This document shows positions 26,177 to 36,588 of a DNA stretch of 64,000 bases, piece after piece; position 1 is the stretch's first letter, and each line of letters opens with the position of its first letter. The notes under the pieces are model-generated. The model did no database searches. It worked only from the letters and a program-made list of their open reading frames with translations, and was not told the DNA's origin. The DNA comes from Candidatus Kaiserbacteria bacterium (GTDB lineage Bacteria; Patescibacteriota; Minisyncoccia; Phycocordibacterales; Phycocordibacteraceae): assembly GCA_963699165.1 (NCBI GenBank), contig OY969413.1, positions 852,562 through 916,561 on the forward strand. Direction: 5' to 3'. The position numbers and the translations under genes were made by a program.

Positions 26177-28368
26177 AATATATCGAGCGCGCGTATCCGT
26201 GGCTTCTCCTTTCGCCGGTCCTCCTGCCGGTCGTGATTGCGGGCGGACTCATTTACCCGTATCTCGTTCCGAAGACGCTATCGTTCTATGCGATTTCTTT
26301 TTTGGCGTTCGGAGTATTTGCAATCCTCGCCGCTAACGGCCGCACGTTTTTCTGGTCGCGGCTTTGGCAGCCCGAGACATGGTTTCCTGCCGCGCTTCTC
26401 GCGCTCGCGTACATCGCGAGCGCGTCGGGCATGGATTTCTATCAGAGTTTCTGGAGTTTGTTTGTGCGCGGCGACGGACTTCTGATGCTGACCTGCGCGG
26501 TCGGCAGTTATTATTTGATTTTGCTGTATGCCGACCGCGCGTTTTTTGAGCGTTTGCTTCGCGCAGTCGCGGTCATCGGGACCTTTGTCGCGGTGTATGG
26601 CATTGGCGAGTGGATGCTCGGCGGCGGCTCGCGCATCGGCGGCCTGCTAGGCAACGCGGAATTTTTCGCCTGTTATCTCGGCATCGCTCTTTTCGCGACG
26701 CTCGCCGCCGCCGAGTCGCTCCCGCGCGCGTGGCGCAATGCCGCGTATGCCGGCGCTGCTCTGCAGATAATCGCAATAGTGTTGAGCGCGACGCGCGGAT
26801 CGATACTTGCGCTCCTGGTCGTCGCGCTCGTCTATCTCGCGTATGCCGCGTTAAAAGGAAAAGGGAAGCGCCGCGCGTATTCCGCGGGCCTGCTCGCCGC
26901 GCTCGTCGTTTTCGGAGGGTTGTTCTTCGCGTTTCGCGGCGAACTTGCGAAGTCGCCGTTTGCGCCGATTGCGCGCGTCGCCGCAATCTCGGCCTCCGAT
27001 GCCGACGTCGCGAGCCGGCTTTTCATTTGGAAAAACATGGCCGCGCAGATTGAACGGCATCCGTGGCTCGGCATCGGCTCCGAACACATCGACGCGCTGT
27101 TCAATAATTTCTACGACCCGACGCAAATAGAGGAAGAATGGTTCGACCGTTCGCACAATGCGTTTCTCGATTACTTTGCGCAGTACGGCATCGGCGGTTT
27201 GCTTCTTTACATCGCGATTATCGGAAGTTTCTTTACGGCCGCGGCGCGCGAAGCGCGCCGCGGCTCCCGCCGCGTTGCGGGGATTTTCGCCCTGCTTGCG
27301 GTTTTGTACGCCGTTCAAAACTTCTTCGTCTTCGACACCGTTTCTTCTTTCTGGCTTCTGCTTGCGCTGCTCGCGACGTTGACCGCGGCATCGCTTGGCA
27401 AAACCTCCCGGGAAGCGGTGCCGCTGCCGTCGTGGACGCGCTACGTCTCTTGGATTTTTGCGGTCGTCCTTATCGCGCTTCTCATTCCGGTTTCGATTTG
27501 TCCGGCGCTTGCGGCATATGACCTTGCGCATGCCTACGGCTATCAGATTTTAGACCCCGCGAAGAGCGCCGCGTATCTATCGGAGGGTTACGCGCTTCAC
27601 ACCTATGGCAATCTCGAATACGGCTACGAAGCGTACGACATGTATGCCTATCAGCAGTCCGAGATGCTCACGGGAGCGCAGCGTGCAAATGCGTATCAAA
27701 CCGCCGTTTCTATTTTGACGTCGAATTTTGGAAATTACACCTATGATGCGCGCACGGCGCTCGACTTGTCGCTTGTGTTTTCGTTAGCGCCGCAAGGGGC
27801 GGCGGTCGACCAAAAATTGTATTCAAGCGCGCTCGAGCGCGCCATTCGCCTGTCACCGAAACGACCGCAGTCCTGGTATATCGTGGCGAATGCTTCCATC
27901 GCGCAAGCGAATACCTACCCGCCATCTTCCTCGGACCGTATCGCCGGCTACAATGCCGCTGCCGGTTTGCTCTCGCAATACATCGCGCTCGTGCCGAATT
28001 TGTCGATGCCGCATTTCCTTCTCGCCCAGCTTGACTTTGCTTCCGGCGATGCGGCCGCAGCCGCAGCGGAAGCGGCGAAAGGGAAACAATATTACAAGGA
28101 CGACCTCGAGACGGCGCGGCACGCCGCAGGGTATTACGAAAATGTTAAGGACTGGACGGATGCCGCGTTCTTCCTTCGCGAAATCGTTCGGCTCTCTCCG
28201 ACCGACACCGCATCATTGTATGACCTTGCAAAGGTGTTGTACCTCTCGGGAAATCCGGCCGAAGCAGATGCTATTGTTATAGAGTTGCGGACAACTCATC
28301 CGGAAATACTTCCGACCGACCAGAATTTCCTTGCCGCTATTACTGCCTATGAATCCCGTTCGAAATAG
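26173..28368 (+). CDS. O-antigen ligase-like (Wzy_C) polytopic membrane protein with C-terminal TPR domain
   Basis: 731 aa with about 12 TM helices including the Wzy_C-like segment (…GAALQIIAIVLSATRGSILALLVVALVYLA…), then a C-terminal soluble TPR-like region. Stop codon lies inside the first CCCGTT element. Confidence 0.55.
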   Translation: MKYIERAYPWLLLSPVLLPVVIAGGLIYPYLVPKTLSFYAISFLAFGVFAILAANGRTFFWSRLWQPETWFPAALLALAYIASASGMDFYQSFWSLFVRGDGLLMLTCAVGSYYLILLYADRAFFERLLRAVAVIGTFVAVYGIGEWMLGGGSRIGGLLGNAEFFACYLGIALFATLAAAESLPRAWRNAAYAGAALQIIAIVLSATRGSILALLVVALVYLAYAALKGKGKRRAYSAGLLAALVVFGGLFFAFRGELAKSPFAPIARVAAISASDADVASRLFIWKNMAAQIERHPWLGIGSEHIDALFNNFYDPTQIEEEWFDRSHNAFLDYFAQYGIGGLLLYIAIIGSFFTAAAREARRGSRRVAGIFALLAVLYAVQNFFVFDTVSSFWLLLALLATLTAASLGKTSREAVPLPSWTRYVSWIFAVVLIALLIPVSICPALAAYDLAHAYGYQILDPAKSAAYLSEGYALHTYGNLEYGYEAYDMYAYQQSEMLTGAQRANAYQTAVSILTSNFGNYTYDARTALDLSLVFSLAPQGAAVDQKLYSSALERAIRLSPKRPQSWYIVANASIAQANTYPPSSSDRIAGYNAAAGLLSQYIALVPNLSMPHFLLAQLDFASGDAAAAAAEAAKGKQYYKDDLETARHAAGYYENVKDWTDAAFFLREIVRLSPTDTASLYDLAKVLYLSGNPAEADAIVIELRTTHPEILPTDQNFLAAITAYESRSK

Positions 28369-28712
28369 CGGACACGGAAGAATACCGTCAGTACGATACG
28401 AGATAGTGTGCCACTGCAAAAAGGGGGCGGTAGACATGATGGTACCCCGCCGCGTCCTATTTCAAACGGGATGAATCCCGTTCGAAATAGCGGACACGGA
28501 AGAATACCGTCAGTACGATACGAGATAGCGTGCCACTGCAAGGGAAGGGCGGTAGACATGAATGGTATCACCCGCGTCCTATTTCAAACGGGATGAATCC
28601 CGTTCGAAATAGCGGACGCCTATCGCACCAAAACGCCTGGTATACTAGTTGGGTACCACCAGTAATTTTAGGCTCCGCTCACCGGTAGTGTCTGCGTCCT
28701 ATTTCAAACGGG
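28355..28712. repeat. three tandem CCCGTT-palindromic elements (28355-28470, 28477-28592, 28599-28712)
   Basis: Each unit is CCCGTTCGAAATAGCGGAC… …GCGTCCTATTTCAAACGGG followed by ATGAAT/ATGAAC. Units 1 and 2 are about 95% identical internally; unit 3 has a different interior with a TACTAG motif. The upstream gene's TAG stop lies in the first left arm (gaaaTAGcgg). Confidence 0.75.
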
Positions 28713-29070
28713 ATGAACAATCAAAAAAATAACAATCAATCATCTCCGCGGCCGAGCGTGCTTCCTTTTTTCGTCGAGTTCGTTAAATTTGCAACCGTTT
28801 TCTCGCTTATCGTTGCGATAGCTCTTTTTACGCTTCGCGTGGCAAGCGCTTTTTCGCAGTAATGTACATTTTTGCCTGGTTCTGGTACAGTGCTCCCGTA
28901 CGAACCGAAGACCGTAGGTCCCGATTTTGTCCAAGAGCAAAGCGATTGGAAACAAAATCGAGGATGCCAACAAGTCCGTTTGTCGGCGCCTGATTTTAAT
29001 CGGATAAACCCTACGTAGGGAGACCATAACAAGGTCGAACTCTCCTTTATTTCGTTCGTACGTACAACGT

Positions 29071-29568
29071 ATGGCAATATCAAAAGACAAGAAGCGCGAG
29101 ATAGTCGCGAAACTGAACGATGCTTTCAAGGAAGCGTCTTCGGTCGCATTCGTGACGTTTACGAAGTTTACCGTCGCCGATTCGGCGAAAGTCCGCAAGG
29201 ACCTTTTGCAGTCGGGCGTGCGCTACTTCGTAGCAAAAAAGACACTCATCAAGCGGGCGCTCGACGAACGCGGGTATAAAGGCACACTGCCTACGCTGCC
29301 CGGCGAAGTCGCCGTTGCATGGACTGCGGGCGATGACACTACTGCGCCGGCGCGCGGCGTGTATGAAAACGGCAAGAAGCTCAAAGGCGCGCTTACCCTT
29401 GCGGGCGGCGTGTTCGACGGAGCGTATCTTGATGCGGCCGAGATTACGGCAATCGCAACCATTCCGCCGATGCAGGTGCTGCGCGGCATGTTCGTCAACG
29501 TCATCAACAGTCCGATTCAGGGACTCGTTATTGCTCTGAATCAAATTGCCGAGAAACAGGCAATTTGA
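29071..29568 (+). CDS. rplJ: 50S ribosomal protein L10
   Basis: MAISKDKKREIVAKLNDAFKEASSVAFVTFTKFTVADSAKVRKDLLQSGVRYFVAKKTLIKRAL matches L10; followed by rplL. Confidence 0.9.
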   Translation: MAISKDKKREIVAKLNDAFKEASSVAFVTFTKFTVADSAKVRKDLLQSGVRYFVAKKTLIKRALDERGYKGTLPTLPGEVAVAWTAGDDTTAPARGVYENGKKLKGALTLAGGVFDGAYLDAAEITAIATIPPMQVLRGMFVNVINSPIQGLVIALNQIAEKQAI

Positions 29569-29664
29569 TTGGCCGAACATTTTGCACAGCAAAATGTTTT
29601 AGGCCTCAAAGAGATTCGCGAGCAGAGAGCGGTTTAAATTATTTATTCAATTTAGTTATCTACC

Positions 29665-30150
29665 ATGGCAGATGAAATAACTCAGACACCGGAAGCGGCG
29701 GCTCCCGAGGCGCCGGCAAAGGCGGAAGCGCCCGTCGCGGCAGCTCCGGCAGCAGCACCGGCGGAGGAAGCGGTTGAAGTACCGGCAAAGTTCAAGAAGC
29801 TCGTTGAAGAAGTCGAGAAGCTTACGGTTCTCGAACTCTCGGAGCTCGTGAAGGTATTCGAAAAGAAGTTCGGCGTGAGCGCGGCGGCAGTGGCCGTTGC
29901 CGGTCCTGCGGCAGCGGGCGCGGCCGAAGAGGAAGGGAAGTCGACGGCTGACGTCGAACTTACCGATGCGGGCGCAACCAAGATTGCAGTCATCAAAGTT
30001 GTGAAGGAGGCGCTTGCCCTCGGACTTAAGGAGGCCAAGGATCTCGTCGACGCAGCGCCGTCGATGCTGAAGACCGGCCTTAAGAAGGAGGACGCGGCAG
30101 AACTCGCGAAGAAACTCACGGACGCCGGAGCGAAGGTCACTTTGAAGTAA
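29665..30150 (+). CDS. rplL: 50S ribosomal protein L7/L12
   Basis: N-terminal dimerisation helix, long Ala/Pro-rich hinge, C-terminal domain …[56 protein letters not shown]. Confidence 0.9.
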   Translation: MADEITQTPEAAAPEAPAKAEAPVAAAPAAAPAEEAVEVPAKFKKLVEEVEKLTVLELSELVKVFEKKFGVSAAAVAVAGPAAAGAAEEEGKSTADVELTDAGATKIAVIKVVKEALALGLKEAKDLVDAAPSMLKTGLKKEDAAELAKKLTDAGAKVTLK

Positions 30151-30168
30151 ACTTCAAAGTGACCTTCG
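30126..30168 (+). terminator. perfect 19-bp palindrome spanning the rplL stop codon
   Basis: gcgaaggtcactttgaagt aa acttcaaagtgaccttcgc; the TAA stop sits in the loop. A second hairpin follows (gtacttgaagc ttgc ttcaagtac, 30173-30196). Confidence 0.55.
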
Positions 30169-30285
30169 CGGAGGTACTTGAAGCTTGCTTCAAGTACAAG
30201 GACACAGGATCTCGAGAAAGACAGTATCTCAAAGCCTCATGACTTTTGCGGAGTGGGTATAAACCCTCAAATAACAACACAAAAA

Positions 30286-30321
30286 ACACGCCCCGCTAGA
30301 AGCGGGGCGTGTTTTGCGTTT
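30286..30321 (+). terminator. rho-independent terminator
   Basis: acacgccccgc taga agcggggcgtgt tttgcgttt. Confidence 0.6.
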
Positions 30322-30349
30322 CGCCGAAATACCGTTTACACTCTGGGCA

Positions 30350-30919
30350 ATGGAACCTCTCGCAAAACTGTTCGGCTCAACTGCCCGTCTCAAAACCATA
30401 CGACTTTTTATTTTTAATCAGGATTCGGCATTTACTCTTTTCGAGGTTGCCGAGCGGACGAAAATCGCGAAGGAAACCGTGCGCCATGAACTTGCCGAAC
30501 TCTCCTCGGCCGGCTTGCTTCGAAAAAGAGGGACGCAAACGCCTACGCGTTATCAGATCAATCCGAAGTTTGAGCATCTCGAAGCGCTCGACACGTTTGT
30601 CCGCGAGACGACCAGCGTGCGTCCGCAGGACATTATGAAAGCGCTGAAACGCGCCGGAGTATTGCGGCTTGTTGCCTTGACGGGACTCTTTACGGGTGTT
30701 CTCGAGACGCAGGTGGATTTGCTTATCGTCGGAGACCATCTCGAGGAGCGCGTGCTTGCGACCGCCGTGCGTTCTCTCGAGGCGGAGCTCGGCCGCGAGA
30801 TTCGCTATGCCTCCTTTGCGACGGGGGATTTCCAGTATCGCCGAGGCGCGTACGATCGTCTGTTGCGGGACGTTTTTGACTATCCACACAGAACTCTTAT
30901 CGATAAAATCGGGATCTAA
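30350..30919 (+). CDS. winged-HTH domain protein (ArsR/MarR-like N-term) of unknown function
   Basis: N-terminal wHTH (TLFEVAERTKIAKETVRHELAELSSAGLLRKRG) plus a C-terminal domain of unknown function. ATG at 30350 chosen because the ORF start at 30314 overlaps the terminator. Confidence 0.45.
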   Translation: MEPLAKLFGSTARLKTIRLFIFNQDSAFTLFEVAERTKIAKETVRHELAELSSAGLLRKRGTQTPTRYQINPKFEHLEALDTFVRETTSVRPQDIMKALKRAGVLRLVALTGLFTGVLETQVDLLIVGDHLEERVLATAVRSLEAELGREIRYASFATGDFQYRRGAYDRLLRDVFDYPHRTLIDKIGI

Positions 30920-30994
30920 AGGTTGCTATACTTCCGCTAGAAACTCGCGCATGCGCGTGAGTTATTAATCGTATAAACAAAACGTTACGTACCT

Positions 30995-31678
30995 ATGGTT
31001 TTCACTACTTGGGCGGATGTGTTGAACCAGTCGTTTTCGAATCTTTTCTACGGATTGGTTGCGTTCATTCCGAATCTTGTCGTTGCAATCGTAATCTTTA
31101 TCGTGGGGTGGCTTGTCGGCGCCGGTCTCGGCCGCGTGGTCGAACAGATTGTTACCGCACTTAAAGTCGATCAGGCGCTGAAGCCGACCGGCATCGAGCG
31201 CGTGCTTTCTCGCGCCGGCCTCAAGCTTTCCTCCGGCAAGTTTCTCGGGTTTTTGGTGCAGTGGTTTTTCATTATCGTCTTCCTGCTTGCGTCGCTTGAA
31301 GTGCTGCACCTGACGGCGGTTGAGACCTTTATCAGCACCGTCGTTCTCGGCTACCTTCCGCAGGTGATTGTCGCCGTGCTGATTTTGCTCGTGGCGGCTA
31401 TTGTCGCCGAAGCGGCTGAACGCGTCGTGTCGAGCTCCGCAAAAGCGGGCTCGCTTCGCTCGGCAGGCCTCATCGGCAAGATTGCGAAGTACGCAATCTG
31501 GATATTCGCCTTGCTCGCCGCGCTTACGCAGCTTGGCGTCGCGACGGAGATTCTCCAGGGCCTCTTCCAGGGTATCGTCATCGCGGTTGCGCTCGCGCTC
31601 GGCCTTGCGTTCGGTCTTGGCGGACAGGCATCCGCTGCGCGGTTCCTCGAACGTTTGCAGACGGAAATCAAGGATTAA
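30995..31678 (+). CDS. small-conductance mechanosensitive-channel-like / conserved-TM-helix membrane protein
   Basis: 227 aa with 4-5 TM helices and a repeated (V/I)xxxxRVVxxxxxxLxV TM-helix motif. + strand preferred over the overlapping - strand ORF; followed by a strong terminator. Confidence 0.5.
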   Translation: MVFTTWADVLNQSFSNLFYGLVAFIPNLVVAIVIFIVGWLVGAGLGRVVEQIVTALKVDQALKPTGIERVLSRAGLKLSSGKFLGFLVQWFFIIVFLLASLEVLHLTAVETFISTVVLGYLPQVIVAVLILLVAAIVAEAAERVVSSSAKAGSLRSAGLIGKIAKYAIWIFALLAALTQLGVATEILQGLFQGIVIAVALALGLAFGLGGQASAARFLERLQTEIKD

Positions 31679-31689
31679 TGCCAAGAGAA

Positions 31690-31730
31690 CGGCCGCCCCG
31701 CCTTTGGCGGGGCGGCCGTTTTCATTCGGC
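31690..31730 (+). terminator. rho-independent terminator
   Basis: cggccgccccgcc tttg gcggggcggccg ttttcattc. Confidence 0.7.
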
Positions 31731-31740
31731 TATGCATAAG

Positions 31741-32810
31741 TTCAGATACATTTGGCAGTCCTCATAACCGAGGATATATGCACATCAGAAGCAATTTCAG
31801 GGGTACGAAGGGCTGGTTGAGCATGTGGGAAAGGACGATACGATTGCGGCATATGCGGAAACCAAAGGAAGTCGACAGACGGGTGAAGATATTGGGATTC
31901 TGGGACATGCACGGGACGGAGGCCGCATACGACGCCTTTGGCACCTCGGAGCGCACCTTGTATCGCTGGAAGGAGGAACTCAAAGCCCACGAGGGCCGCA
32001 TTGATGCACTTGACCCGAAGAGCACTGCGCCGAAGGCGCGTCGAAGGAGGACTGTTCTGCCCGAGGTCGAGGATTTCATCATCCGCGAACGACAGGCGCA
32101 TCCCCGGCTTGGGAAAGCAAAGCTTGCCGTTCTCCTGCGCGAAGAAGGGTACTCCGTGTCGGAGTCATACGTTGGGCGGGTCATTCTGGATTTGAAGAAC
32201 CGCGGTCTGCTCCCGCAGCAGAGCCGGCTCTCGTTCCACGCACGTACGGGCAATCACACGGAAACACCGCAGAAACGCCGTACCAAGCTTCGCCGCACCG
32301 GCAAGCGCGGCATGGAGCTCGATACCGTCGTCCGCTTCATCGACGGCGTGAAGCGGTACGTCCTCACGGCAGTGGACGTGGAGCGGAAGTTCGCCTTTGC
32401 GGGCGCGTATACGAACCACTCGTCGAGAAGCGCGGACGACTTCCTTCGCCGAGTCATCGAGGTTTGCCCCTTCGATATCGACGAGTTGCAGACCGACAAC
32501 GGGAGCGAGTTCGCCAAACACTTCGAGGATGCCTGTGCCGAACTCGGGCTCACGCACTTTCACACCCGCCCCCGCACTCCCAAGATGAATGCCCACGTCG
32601 AACGATTCAATCGCACCGTCTCCGAGGACTTCATCATGCTGAATCGGGGCCTGCTGCGGGACGATATTCATTCCTTCAATCTGAAGCTTGTCGACTGGCT
32701 GATTTGGTACAACACCAAACGCCCGCACCAGTCGCTCGGCATGGTGTCCCCCTTGCGGTATATTGTGTGTACATTAACCGTCGGGGACTGCCAAAAGTAC
32801 TGGACGCGTA
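31741..32810 (+). mobile_element. IS481-family-like insertion sequence (about 1.06 kb), ends approximate
   Basis: Single DDE transposase ORF. Imperfect terminal inverted repeat ttCAGATACATTTGGCAGTCC (31741-31761) versus GGACTGCCAAAAGTACTGga (32785-32804). The ORF stop lies 17 nt beyond the IRR as aligned. No clear target-site duplication seen. Confidence 0.5.
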
Positions 32811-32821
32811 CAGGCTATTGA
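31778..32821 (+). CDS. DDE transposase, rve integrase-core (IS481-like)
   Basis: N-terminal HTH, rve catalytic core with D (TAVDVE), D (QTDNGSEF) and E (HVERFNRT; …HTRPRTPKMNAHVERFNRTV…). Confidence 0.75.
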   Translation: MHIRSNFRGTKGWLSMWERTIRLRHMRKPKEVDRRVKILGFWDMHGTEAAYDAFGTSERTLYRWKEELKAHEGRIDALDPKSTAPKARRRRTVLPEVEDFIIRERQAHPRLGKAKLAVLLREEGYSVSESYVGRVILDLKNRGLLPQQSRLSFHARTGNHTETPQKRRTKLRRTGKRGMELDTVVRFIDGVKRYVLTAVDVERKFAFAGAYTNHSSRSADDFLRRVIEVCPFDIDELQTDNGSEFAKHFEDACAELGLTHFHTRPRTPKMNAHVERFNRTVSEDFIMLNRGLLRDDIHSFNLKLVDWLIWYNTKRPHQSLGMVSPLRYIVCTLTVGDCQKYWTRTGY

Positions 32822-33639
32822 CGCATTTACGGCACTCGTCTATACTCCGTCCTACGTGTCTACGAACCGAAAGAACCAAGTGATTTTCGAAGCGGATAGG
32901 CCGTCATAGGCCCGCGCGTTACGTAAACGCGAAAGAACCGCTCGAGGCGGTTCTTTCGTTTCAAAGAGGCACTGTAATTTGACATACGAATATCATTGGT
33001 TGAACCGTCCTTAAAAAGACGGTTCATGTCCGCGACTTGTCGTGGACGAAAATCGAAGTTAGAACGTTAATGATTGTGGTATATAGGTCTCCGTACGAGA
33101 GACAATTAAGAGTGCACGGTGGATGCCTTGGCCTTGGACGGCTATGAAGGACGCGACTAACCTGCGAAAAGCTTCGGGGAGGCGGTTTGTAGCCTTTGAT
33201 CCGGAGATATCCGAATGGGGAAACCCTCCAGTTTTGAACTGGAATCCGCGGAGTAACGTCTGCGAGAAGCGAACCCGGGGAAGTGAAACATCTCAGTACC
33301 CGGAGGAAAAGAGAACAATATGAGTTGCGTTCCATTCAAGCGTATGTTCGTTTGAATGGAACGCGACTCGCGTGATACCCCAAGTAGCGGCGAGCGAAAA
33401 GGGAAAAGCCCAAACCTCTTTCTTCGGAAAGGGGGGTTGTAAGATGTGAACATCGTACTTGTACGAAAAGAGTTATCAATCGTCTGTATAACAGAAGCTG
33501 CTGGGAAGCAGCGCCCAAGAGGGTAATGGCCCCGTATGTGAAATGCATGACGACTCTTGTTCATATTCTTGAGTAGCTCGAGACACGAATAGCTCGAGTG
33601 AATCTGCCGGAACTAACCGGTAAGGCTAAATACGTCCAA

Positions 33640-33680
<41 letters not shown>

Positions 33681-35120
33681 CACCCCGAGAGGGGAGTGAA
33701 ATAGAACTGAACCCGTGTACTTACAAGGGGTCGGAGCGGATGCTTGCATCCGTGACGGCATGCCTATTGAAGAATGAGCCGGCGAGTGTGTGTATCTTGC
33801 TTAGCTAAGCCCTTCCGGGGCGGAGCTTAAGGGAAACCGAGCGTGAATAGCGCGTCTGTAGGATACATACGACCCGAAGCCAGATGAGCTTGCCATGAGC
33901 AGGGTGAAGTTTGTCGAAAGACAAATGGAGGCCCGAACCCGTAGGTCGTACAACGCCTTGGGATGACTTGTGGTAAGGAGTGAAAAGCTAATCGAATCTG
34001 GGAATAGCTGGTTCTCTCCGAAACAGCTTTTGGGCTGGCGTTGCAATAAGTGTACGTGGGGGTAGAGCACTGGAAGGGACCAACAGGGAGAAATCTCGTG
34101 GTTCCTATCAAACTCCGAATACCACGTGCCCGTGCAGCAGTTAGTAGGTGGGGGCGAAGCTCCATCGAACGAGAGGGGAAGAGCCCTGATCGCCACTTAA
34201 GGCCCCTAAATCGACATTCAGTACATCCACAAGGAAGTGAGGACTCATAAACAGTGAGGATGTTGGCTTAGAAGCAGCCACCATTTAAAGAAAGCGTAAC
34301 AGCTCACTCATCGAGAGTCCTTGCGCCGAAGATGATCGGGGTTAAATGTCGTGCCGAAATTGCGGGTTTGGTTTGTTCTGTATACAAACCAAGCGGTAGG
34401 AGAGCGTTCTGTTCGCTATGAAGCTAAAGGGATAACCCATGGTGGAGCGTACAGAAGTGAGAATGCCGGTACAAGTAACCACAATGCGGGTGAGAACCCC
34501 GCACGTCGAAAGACCAAGGTTTCCTCAGCTATGGTGATCAACTGAGGGTTAGTCGGGCCTAAGGGGATGGCGAGAGCCGCACCCGATGGACACACGGTCA
34601 ATATTCCGTGACCGTTTATAGAGGCAATGGAGTGACGGACTGCTGTATGTACTGCCGGTAATTGGATTCCGGTTGGCAGTGCGAGGGCGCGCGTTAGGTA
34701 AATCCGGCGCGCATTACCCCGAGCACTGACACAATTTTCTCCTTCGGGGGAAGAGAGAGTGCAAAGCGCGGTTTCAAGAAAACCTTCTACGCATCAACTC
34801 TATAGACGACCGTACCGCAAACCGACACAGGTGGTCAGGTCGAGAAGACCAAGACGAACGAGTAAGATGTCCTCAAGGAACTCGGCAAAAAAGCGGCCGT
34901 AAGTTAGCGATAAGGCCTGCCCTTCATCCGCAAGGATGGGGGGCCGCAGTGAAAGTTTTCCTGGCAACTGTTTACCAAAAACACAACTCCCTGCAAACTC
35001 GTAAGAGGAAGTATAGGGGGTGACACCTGACCAATGCCGGAAGGTCAACCACGGTGGGTATGCTGCTTCGGTAGTATGCTGGACTGTGTAAGCCCCGGTG
35101 AATGTCGGCGATAACTATAA

Positions 35121-35920
35121 TCGTGGACTCGCTACCACCTGCGCAAGCAGGTCATGAGTAGGGCGATTGTAAAATTCGGCCAAATGCTGGAACAACTGTC
35201 TCGAAAAGAGTTAGAGCATACGCTACCGTGTAGGTAACAATGCGTATGTGCAGTCAATCAGCAGGAAAGGCCGATGCAGGTATTGCCCACGCAAAATAAT
35301 AACTTGCGTATGGACAACACTACAAAAGAGCTCCTGAAACTTTTTCACGGCAAACGAGACGCTCTGCATTATTATGTTGCAGGTTTCGTTGACGGAGAAA
35401 GCAGTTTTAGTGTAGCGATTCTTAAAAATCCCTTCAAAAAAGAAGGGTGGCTGATTAATCCGTGTTTTCAGGTGTATCAACATCAGAATCACAGAGAAAT
35501 CTTGGAGTTATGCAAAGAAGTATTTAAGACCGGAAGAATATATCGCAAAAGCGGTACACATCCCGTCCTAAACTTCAGTATTGACTCAATACGGAATCTA
35601 AAAGAGAAGGTAGTACCTTTCTTCGATAGATATCCGCTCATAACAAAACGCGAATCGTATCAAAAATTCCGGGACATTGTAGTATCAATGGACAGGAAAG
35701 AGCACTTGACCTCTAAAGGGTTTGAGCGTTTGGTACGGCTTGCGTACAGTATGAATCAGCAGGGCAAAGGTCGCAGGAGAACTCTTGAAGAGGTTCTTGC
35801 GACTCAGCCCAAACCTGCATCGGAATCCTCAGAGACTTTACGCCGAACTCACGCTTAGTGGGCAGTGAGATGATAAAGTCCAATCCTCATGGCGACATGA
35901 GGGGCTTCGAGAAATCGAAA
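35121..35920 (+). mobile_element. group I intron in 23S (E. coli position about 1917 region) with LAGLIDADG ORF
   Basis: 23S exon …aactataa | … | cctaaggtagcg…; the E. coli sequence AACTATAACGGTCCTAAGGTAGCG is interrupted by about 800 nt containing ORF 35274..35858. Confidence 0.7.
35274..35858 (+). CDS. LAGLIDADG homing endonuclease (intron-encoded)
   Basis: LHYYVAGFVDGESSFSVAI (LAGLIDADG motif) plus a second half-motif; lower GC than the host; inside the 23S. Confidence 0.8.
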   Translation: MQVLPTQNNNLRMDNTTKELLKLFHGKRDALHYYVAGFVDGESSFSVAILKNPFKKEGWLINPCFQVYQHQNHREILELCKEVFKTGRIYRKSGTHPVLNFSIDSIRNLKEKVVPFFDRYPLITKRESYQKFRDIVVSMDRKEHLTSKGFERLVRLAYSMNQQGKGRRRTLEEVLATQPKPASESSETLRRTHA

Positions 35921-36588
35921 TGCCTAAGGTAGCGTAATTCCTTGTCGGGTAAATTCCGACGTGCACGAATGGTGTAATGACTGGGAAACTGTCTCGAGGA
36001 CTCGCTCGGTGAAAATGCACTTCCGGTGAAGATGCCGGATACCTGTAGTTAGACGAAAAGACCCCAGGAGCTTTACTACAGCTTCGTATTGGCCCTGCGG
36101 GATACATGCGTAGCATAGATGGGAGACATTGAAGCATTCCTTTCGGGGGATGTGGAGTCGTCAGTGAAATACCATTCTTGTATCTTGCAGTGTCTAACCC
36201 CGTTGGGATCCAACGGGGGACCGTGCGTGGCAGGTAGTTTTGGTGGGGCGCTATCCTCCTAAAAAGTAACGGAGGAGTCTATTAAGGTTCTCTAGGCGCG
36301 AATGGAAACCGTGCCGATAGTGTAATGGCATAAGAGAGCTTAACTGCGAGGGGTACTTCCCGAGCAGATGCGAAAGCAGAGCATAGTGAACCGATGGTAC
36401 GCCTTAGATGCGGCCAGAGATTAACGGATATAAGTTACCCTGGGGATAACAGGCTAGTTCCGCCCAAGCGTCCTTAGCGACGGCGGAGTTCGGCACCTCG
36501 ATGTCGGCTCACCATAGCGCGGGGCTGGAGAAGGTCCCAAGCGTTTGGCTGTTCGCCAATTAAAATGGTACGCGAGCTGGGTTCAGAC

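Noticed and set aside
28355-28712. CRISPR array hypothesis for the triple tandem repeat
   Set aside because: The 'spacers' between the palindromic junctions are about 95% identical to each other rather than unique, and no cas genes are present in the window. It fits tandem copies of the CCCGTT element better.
2061-28712. Integron attC sites as an explanation for the palindromic intergenic elements
   Set aside because: attC has 5'-RYYYAAC…GTTRRRY-3' polarity. These elements have the inverse (5'-GTTAGAA…TTCTAAC-3') in both orientations. They flank core housekeeping genes (ileS, recO, glyS, ssb), not cassettes, and no intI is present.
30965-31684. - strand 239-aa ORF overlapping the 30995..31678 membrane-protein gene
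   Set aside because: The + strand product has clear TM-helix periodicity and a downstream terminator in its own orientation. The - strand translation is a charged, low-complexity artefact.
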